DNA of 64,000 nt from Lama guanicoe (taxonomy: Eukaryota): contig MU056050.1 in the NCBI GenBank assembly GCA_013239625.1, positions 2,652,084-2,716,083 of the forward strand. The letters are read 5' to 3'. Shown here piece by piece: positions 55,831-64,000 of the stretch (position 1 is the stretch's first letter; the number at the start of each line of letters is the position of its first letter). A program made the position numbers and the translations under genes. Below the pieces are notes generated by a model. That model was not told the origin of the DNA. It ran no database searches and saw only the letters and a list, made by a program, of their open reading frames with translations.

Positions 55831-56564
55831 GAAGTGCAGGGGATGCAGATGCTGTGTGGACAGAAGTGCGATGTTCACCACATGCCTGCCAGCTTAGCTT
55901 GTTCCCGTACCTTCAGCTCAATCCAGAAGTTCACCTTTCCTCAATTATTTCTATCCCATCACAGGGGGACTAACAAATTTCCTACTATAGCCCTTTCCAG
56001 TGCTGTTTGTGAATACATTTTGCTGTGTTCTCAAGGTATGAATTATTCTGCCTTTTGGAATAACACAGAATAAGTCAATTCTTCTTCTACACAATATTCC
56101 TTTCAAGAGTTTAAAACAAGCTTTGATTCTGCTCAACCTCTTTGCTTCCCTCTACCTTGGAGCCATCTCTTTTTCAGACTAAACATACTTCCTGGTTCCC
56201 TCAGCTGTTCCTCATGGTCCACTTGAGTCAGCTTTTTCAGGCAGGCCCTGTATCTTAAGGCCTGGCACAGAGTAGGTGTTTAGTATATTTAGTAATTGAT
56301 CCATTAATTAGATTTCTATACTAATCACTCTACCGGTCAGCTTTCTGGATGCAGTCAAATTGGCGTTGGGTTCAATCATGCACACAGACTGGTGCAGAAG
56401 ACAATGGGGAGGAATTCCTTCTTTGATTCGGATGCTACAGTGGTCTGAATGCAGTCCACTGAGCCCAGGGCACTTCTGAGAACATGACAGCAGTAGCTCT
56501 GTGATGACTTTTGTGCTCACTTCTACTCCGAGCCTCACAAACCCCATAGAAAAGTCCAGGGGCT

Positions 56565-56706
56565 TGTTTTTGTTTTGTTTTTGAGAGAATTTTATTTTTT
56601 GTTTGTTTGGTTTTGGCTGGGGGGTATTAGGCTTATTTATTTATTTTTAATGGAGGTACTGGGGATTGAACTAAGCACACACTCTACCACCGAGCTATAC
56701 TCTCCT
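56565..56706 (-). mobile_element. Camelid vic-1-type SINE with internal deletion
   Basis: gggggtattaggcttatttatttatttttaatggaggtactggggattgaac, then taagcacacactctaccaccgagctatac. Lacks the ccaggaccttgtgcatg segment seen in the other two copies. Confidence 0.78.
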
Positions 56707-56939
56707 TTCAAGAGCTTATTTAACTGCATTTTCTTGAAGCTGCTTCAGGGGGATGCACTGGCAGCAAACTAGCTGTGCCTGTGAAGAAAAACATCATGGC
56801 CCCCATCAGCGTGTCTACACTGATATGCTGCCCAGGAATGTTAATTCTAGAGAAATAAGGGAAAATGAGCAAAAAGAAAATAAAACCCCATAATTCTGCC
56901 ATCCAGAGGCAACCGCCATTACAACATAGTTTGTATCAT

Positions 56940-57135
56940 TCCAAATTTAAATTCTGATTCTGCCAATGCTTTTTACTTTGGGCAAGTTTTAAACTTTTTC
57001 TGGTCTCAATTTTCTCATCTGAAAAACTGAGATAATAATGCCAATCTAGCAGGGCTGTTGTGAAGATCTGACAAGATAATTTATGTAAAGCACTTAACCC
57101 ATAGTTACTCTGAAAATTGCAACTATTATTATTTT
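56940..57135 (+). mobile_element. MIR SINE
   Basis: actttgggcaagttttaaac...tctcaattttctcatctgaaaaactgagataataat...gtaaagcactta. Confidence 0.75.
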
Positions 57136-57764
57136 ACCAAGTCATTCCAATGCCAAATAACAGTCTCAACCACTATTCTGATCTTTCTTGTGATGCTTTT
57201 CTTCCTTAAAAAAAAAAGGGAATTTAGATGGAACAAAACTGGCCACAAGTTGATGATTACTGAGAATGTGGGTTCACTGTAGTCTTATTTCTACTTCCAT
57301 ATTTGTATGGGAATTTTCCATAATACAAAGTTTAAAAAAGATAAAGAAAGTAAGTAACCTTGAATTCAGATGTTGTCCCAATTTCTTGTTATCAGCTTGT
57401 TTTCTGGTTTAGAAGCTAGCAGGAAGGGACTTTGCAAGCTGGGGCTTGCAAGTATGAAGCCCATAACAAAGGGTATTTTGAGATGTAACTATGTGACCAT
57501 GAGCGTTAGTTTTGGACTGCATAATTTTGGATTACATAGTTTATGGATACTGAGGCGAATGAGTGACTTTCTCCCTAAAGGGCACAAAGCCCATAAGAGG
57601 AGGCTGGGGCAGTGCAGAGGTGTGTACAGAGAGGCTAATATGGTAGTGATCTGACAGTGCTGTTGAGTAGTTCTTGTTATGAAGACCCTGTGGTCCTGCC
57701 TAGTTCCTGACCTTCTTCTGCCTCCCTTCCATCCTGCGGGCATCTCCCTATCAGCTCTGAGGGC

Positions 57765-57930
57765 CTACTGTTAACTTTTCAGGAATTTTGTGAGCCAGAT
57801 GATGTCACACCAGTAGTTTGCAATTGGCCATGGTGGGAGTATTTATATAATGGAAATAAGTAAACAGTACAAGTCAGATTCTTTTTTGTTCTGAAGAGCT
57901 GGTTGTTAAATATTTACCAGTGCACCACTG
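57765..57930. mobile_element. MER63-like hAT DNA transposon
   Basis: ggccatggtgggagtattta...gctggttgttaaatatttaccagtgcaccactg. Confidence 0.6.
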
Positions 57931-60900
57931 ACCAGATCATCCTAGAAAATTCCCTTTTACTCAAATTAGCCAGAGTCAGATTCTGCTATCCTTCTCCTAG
58001 CTTCTCCCAGTAAAACAATTAGTAAAAAAGTATACCTTGAAGAGTGAGAACAGCTTGTTACTGCTGCTTCTTTGAAGTGCTAACCATGGTACAGGGCTCT
58101 TTTAAAATCAGTGACTCCACAGATACCGATCAAGTGCTCAATTTCCTTCTCTAATTGTCAAACAGCTCTTTGGGGGACTTCTAAGTGACAGGTAGCAGCA
58201 CTGGAGGCATCAGAGAAGGCAAAGTGCCACAGCCTCTTCCTGAACATCTCCAACCCGATACATTCCGTGGTATCGTAACAAGCCTCTGGCCTTCTCCCTT
58301 TCACTGTTCACTGAGACAGAGGACTGGCTGAGCACAGTTGACCTCTGGCACATTTTTCAGATTTAGTGGTTCATTTGTTCCCACCATCATTTCCCTGGTT
58401 TTGGAATCTAGTTTTCCTATGGCATTAAGGAGGCCTGGGTTGTACACTTAACTCTGTCATTCACTCACTATGTCAATGCGGGCGAGTCTCACTCGTCTCT
58501 TAAGGTTGTGATCTATAAATTCATGCTCGGCTCTGGCATTCTCTATGCTTGTTGCTGGTAGAGTAACGGGGCTACTACTGATTCCCCTATCCCAATTTGC
58601 TTTGATGTTGTTTAAGAACTTATCTTAAACAAGTTTTTGGAAAAAAAACAAAAACAAAAACCCCACAACTTCCTGGAAACTGGAAGCGGCAGTGCGGTGG
58701 GGCAGGCGGGCCCTGGTGCCAGAGCCCCAGCAGGGTCTGCACCCTCTGCACCGCCACCATAAGGAAAACACACACACACACACAAGTTTTTGAACTAGAT
58801 AATTTTTTTCAGTGAGATGAATTCACTTCTGTTCTAAAGGTTCAAATCACAGAGTTACATAGAGTAAAATGTGAGACTCCTTCATTCCTTCCTTGTTTCC
58901 CCATTTCTCTTCCTAGAGGTAGCTATGGTAGGAGTTTGTGCATTTTCATCTAGTTCTTCTAAAATGCATTTACATACATACATAAATATATATACATGTA
59001 CGCAGTGTACACACACACATACACACACACTTGTAAATGGGATCATACTACACATATTACCTGCTTTCATGGGCTGAATCTGAGGATATTGAACTAGAAA
59101 ATACTACAGATAAAGGACTCACCTTCAGCTCCCTTCCCTCTATATGGCTGTTTTGCTGTCTGATTTTGCTCTCCCCTCCAAGTCCCACACTGCCTAGCCC
59201 CATCCCACCCCCCACTATAAGAATATTAGGCTGCCCCATCTGAGATTTGGGCAGAGGAAGAAGCCAATTGCCAATGAGGTTAGGTTGGAATTTCTGTCAC
59301 CACAGAGTGTATATTGCAGGGTTTTGTGGTGCCATAATTTATTTAACCACTCCTCTAGTGGGAATGACTGTTTGCCTTCAGATTTTCACTATTACAATCT
59401 TGCAAAAAAAAAAAACTGTAAATATATCTTTAGGCATGTTTGTCTCCATAAGCTAAATTCCTTGAAGTAGAATTACTGAGTTTGAAGGAATTCACACTGA
59501 AATATTTGAGAGACATTACCAATTACACACTAGAAGTTATTATTTCATATACCACCAATAGCATGTGAGTGTCTATTTCCTCACACATTTTTGTCAATAC
59601 TAGATATTCTTAATCTTAGTTTTGGCTAACTGATGTACCAAGAATAGTCTCATTTTAATCAGCACTTTGCTAATAACTAGTGAGGCTGAACAGCTATTCA
59701 TGACAACTGATCACCTATTTTTCATCTTAAGGATTGCCTGAAACATCAGTGAAATGGCAGAATAGGGAACTCCAAAAGTCCATCCCACCACAAAAACAAT
59801 GAATAAATTGGCAAACACTGTCAAAATAAAAATCTGTGGGACTCTGGAAACTAATCAAATACAGCAACCAGGGGAATACTTAATCGAGAAACTGTATCCA
59901 AATCTCAGTAAGAGAGATTTGTGGCATTTAAACTTACAATGGTGCCACTCCTTAAACCCAAGCTAGGCGGTGGCCTTGAAGACAAGAGCCCACACTCCTG
60001 GTACAAGCTCACCCAGTACTGGAGGGAGTAGAACAGACCTTATTCTCAAAGAATTATGGTTAATATTTTGACCTGTCTGGTATCTCCCTGAAGGATGAGC
60101 TCAAAAGGCTTGCCTTAATTTTACCTAACTTGGAACTTCCCCAGGGCTAAGGTGGCTACACAGGGGATGTTTTTTTGAAAATGTTTAAAGGCAAATGTTT
60201 TTAGCTGCTGCTCCCTGGAGCAAGGGATAACAGGAGTGGCAAACAATAGAAAACTGAAAAGCTTGGGAAGAGAGGCTGGGAAATGAGATGCCTTGAGGGA
60301 AAAGGGCTTTGAAAAGCTCCTCTGTATTCCTGGGAATCTAGAAGTTTGTGTGTATGCCCAAGGCTGTGCATGTGCTCAGGAAAGATCTGAGAAGGCTATA
60401 GCTCTCACCTATGACCCACCTCAAGGCTCTGTGGAAGCAGGGAGTGAAGGTCAGGCAGAGTTGATGGCACACCACAACACACACAGAACCCTCCTGCAAA
60501 GATGAGGAGATTGTTGTTGTTCCATGCATCTAAGGCATTGTCTGTTAAATCACTAGCTGACCACTGAGTGTGCGGAGTAAGAAATTCCATGGCCACAAAC
60601 GACAAAGAATACAGATCTTACAAAATTAGTTCAGAGAAGTCACCAAAGAAAGAAATAACAACCCTTCTCAAACTGTTCTGTACTTCAGAACAGTTAAGAA
60701 TACTGCTTAACTCCTTCTGTGAGGCCAGCATTACTCTGATACCAAAGCCAGACAGAGATATCACTGAAAAGAATACAGACCAATATCCCTTTTGAGTATA
60801 GATGTAAAAATCATCAACAAAATACTGGCAAATTGAATCCTGCAACATATTAAAAGGATTATACTCCATGACTAAGTGGGATTTATCCAAGGTACGCAAA

Positions 60901-62241
60901 GGTGGTTTCAACATACAAAAGTTTAAAAGTATAATATGCCATATTAGAGAATGTTAATAGTCTCTAATTAATAATCTCATATTAATAGAATGAAGGATAA
61001 AATTCCACAAACTCATCTCAATTGATGCAATAAAAGCATTTGATCCAATCTAACACCTTTCCATGAGAAAAACAATCAGAAAACTAGGAGTAAAAAGGAA
61101 CTTTCTCAATACGCTAAAGGGCATCAGTGAAAAACCTATAGCAACTCATGCTCAATGGTGAAAGACTGAGAACTTTGCCCTAAAATCAGGAAGAAGACAG
61201 GGATGGCTCTTCACTGATACTCAACATTGTGCTGGAAATTCTAGCTAGGGCAATTAGGCAAAAAACAATTCATCCAATTTGGAAAGGAAGAAGAAAAACT
61301 ACCTTTATTTGTAGATGACATGATCTTATATGTGGTAACCTTAAAGAATCCACAAAATAACTATTAGAACTAATAAATTTCAGCAAATTTGCAGGGTAAA
61401 GATCAACATATAAACATCAGTTTCATTTCTATATACTAGCAATGAACAATCTGAAAATGAAATTAAGAAAACAATTCCATTTACAATAGCATCAAAAAGA
61501 ATAAAATGCTTAGGGATAAATTTAACCAAGGAGGTTTATGATATACTGCAAACTAAAGAAAGTTGCTGAAAGAAATTAAAGAAGACCTAATAGACAGACA
61601 GCCTGTGTTTATGGAATGGAAGATTTAATATTGTTAAGATGGCAATACTATCCATAGTGATCTACAGAATCAATGCATTCTCTATCAAAATCCCAACGGC
61701 ATTTTTTGCAGAAGTAGAAAAATCAATCCTAAAATTCACATGGAATTACAAGGGGCCTCAAATAGCCAAAAAAAATCTTGAAAAAGAACAATTTTAGAGG
61801 ACTTACACTTTCCCATTTCAAACCTTACTACAAAGCTAAAGTAATCATAACAATGTGGTACTGGCACAACTATACACACAGAGATCAAAGGAGTAGAATT
61901 GAAAATCTAGAAATAAAACCATACATTATAGTCAACTGATTTTTGACAAGGGTGCCAAAACTGTTCAATGGGGAATAAATAGTCTTCAATAAATGGTGCC
62001 GGGTCAACTGGATAACCACACACAAAAGAATGAATTTGGACCCTTACCTCAAAACATACAAAAAATAACTCAAAATGGATCAAAGACCTAATTGTAAGAT
62101 CTATAAAACTCTTAGAAAGAAACACAGGTATAAATCTTTGTGACCTTGGATTAGACAATGGTTATTTAAATATGATACCAAAAGCATAAGCAGCAAAAGA
62201 AAAAATAGATAAATTGGACCTCATAAAAATTAAAACCTTTA

Positions 62242-62321
62242 GGGGATGGGGTGTAACTCAAGTGGTAGAGTGCATGCTTAGCATGCACAAGGTCCTGGGT
62301 TCAATCCCCAGTACCTCCTCC
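62242..62321 (+). mobile_element. tRNA-Ala-derived SINE head (vic-1 type, tail-less) inserted in L1
   Basis: ggggtgtaactcaagtggtagagtgcatgcttagcatgcacaaggtcctgggttcaatccccagtacctcc, with TSD aaaaattaaaacctt / aaaaattaaaaactt. Confidence 0.82.
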
Positions 62322-62871
62322 AAAAATTAAAAACTTCTGTGCTTCAAAGGATACTACCAAGAAAGTGACAAGACAATCCATAGAATGGGAGAAAGTATTT
62401 GGAAATGATATATCTGATAAGCATTCAGAATATATAAAACCTCATACAATTCAAAAATGGAAAGAAAAAAAATCCAATTAAAATGGGCAAAGAAATAGAC
62501 ACTTTTCCAAAGAATATATGCAAATGGCTAATAAGCACATGAACAGACGCTTATATCATTAGTTTCTAGGAGAATGCAAATCAAAATCACAATTAGATAT
62601 TACTTTATACCCACTAGGATAACTATATAAAAACAAACAAACAAACAAACAAACCCCCCCAGAAAATAACAAGTTGTTAACAAGGATATCGAGAAACGGG
62701 AACCCTCATACATTGTTGGGAATGTAAAATGGTGCAGTCGCTGTTGAGAACAGTTTGTTAGTTACTCAGTAAATTAAACACAGAATTACTAAATGATCCA
62801 GCAATTTTACTCCTAGGTATATATTGAGAGAATCAGAAATACATGTTCACACAAAAACTTGTACACAAATG

Positions 62872-63732
62872 GATGCTGGCGAGGATGTGGAGAAAAGGGA
62901 ACCCTCGTGTGCTGTTGTTGGGAATGTACTTTACATCTGGTACAGCCACTATGGAAAACAGTAGGGATGTTTCTCAAAAAATTGAAAACAAAACTATCAT
63001 AGGCTCTAGCAATTTCACTTCTGGGTATATATCAAAAGGAAATGAAACCACTATTTCAAAAATATATCTATACTCTCATATTCAACGCAGCATCACTTAC
63101 AGTAGCCAAGACATAAAAACCACCTAAGTGTCCATCTCTGGATGAGTGGGTAAACAAAATGTGGTATATATGTGAGTGTGTATATACTGTATGTACTGTA
63201 TACACACACACATATAAACCATGGAAGATCATTCAGCCATAGAAAAGAAGGAAATCTTGCCATTTGTGACATGGATGGACCTTGAGAGCATTATGCTAAG
63301 GAAGATGTCACACAGAGACAGATAAACACTGTATGATTTCATTTTTATGTGGAATCTGAAAAAAAAAGGAACTCATAGATACAGAGAACAAACTGGTGGT
63401 TGCCAGAGGTGAGTGGAGAAATGGCTGAAGGTAGTCAAAAGGTATAAGTTTCCAGTTATAAGAAAAATAAGTCCTGGGGCTGTAACGTACAGCAGGGTGA
63501 CTGTAGTTAACAATACTGTGTCGTATATTTGCAAGTTGCTAAGAAAGTAAATCTTAAAAGTTCCTATTATGAGAAAAAAATTTGTAACTATCTGAGGTGA
63601 TTGATGTTGACTCCATTTACTGTGTAATCATTTCACAATATATACATACATAAAGTCATTACATTGAACAGGTTGGACTAATACAATGTTATGTGTCAAT
63701 TACATCTCAATAAAACTGGGGAAAATTAAAAA
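62872..63732 (+). mobile_element. Nested 5'-truncated L1 (L1MA-like 3' end) with perfect 19-bp TSD
   Basis: aaaaacttgtacacaaatg at 62853-62871 and 63733-63751. Ends catctcaataaaactggggaaaattaaaaaa. Confidence 0.9.
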
Positions 63733-64000
63733 AAAAACTTGTACACAAATGTTAGCATTATTCATAGTACCTGAAAAGTGGAAACAACCCAAATGTCCAT
63801 CAACTTATGAATGGATTAAAAAATTTGGTATATCCATACAATGGAACATTATTCAGCCGTAAAAATGAATGATGTATGTATGGATACATGATATAATGTG
63901 GATGAATATTAAAAACATTGTGCTAAGTGAAAGTAGCCAGACACAAAAGGTCACATATTATATGATTTAACTTACATAAAATGTCCAGAATAGGTAAATC

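Larger units (their letters stand above)
59745..64000 (+). mobile_element. Old L1 (5'-UTR-like part ~59745-60640 joined to degraded ORF2 and 3' end), host to nested insertions
   Basis: ORF 60568-60795 (NSFCEASITLIPKPDRD) and continuous L1 ORF2-like sequence to 62870, resuming at ~63733. Confidence 0.85.

Noticed and set aside
62242..62321. Bona fide tRNA-Ala gene
   Set aside because: Sits inside an L1 with TSDs, has stem mismatches and SINE-type features, and has no Pol III T-run terminator directly after it.

Overview
Mammalian genomic DNA, very probably from a camelid (camel, alpaca or llama): it has three tRNA-Ala-derived vic-1-type SINEs and I saw no Alu, B1, PRE-1 or Bov-tA. It is presumably the X chromosome, by STAG2 synteny. 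Bases 1-14.6 kb hold the 3' end of STAG2 (cohesin SA2) on the + strand: six coding exons including the 111-nt cassette exon, the stop at 12552-12554, and a ~2-kb 3' UTR with miRNA seed sites and several poly(A) signals. The rest is gene-poor, repeat-rich intergenic DNA (L1, L2, MIR, MaLR LTRs, DNA transposons) with a full-length EIF3K processed pseudogene and a U13 snoRNA retrocopy. The most unusual structure is at 48.5-50.9 kb. A TSD-flanked, polyadenylated chimeric retrocopy there is interrupted by an oppositely oriented TSD-flanked insertion carrying a second copy of the same chimeric sequence, which creates two inverted repeats of very different identity (~80% and ~96%). Other points of interest: candidate STAG2 splice features, a very short L1 3' transduction and a TSD-flanked GC-rich 5'-UTR-like insert. 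Repeat family names and boundaries are from recognition by eye and are approximate.
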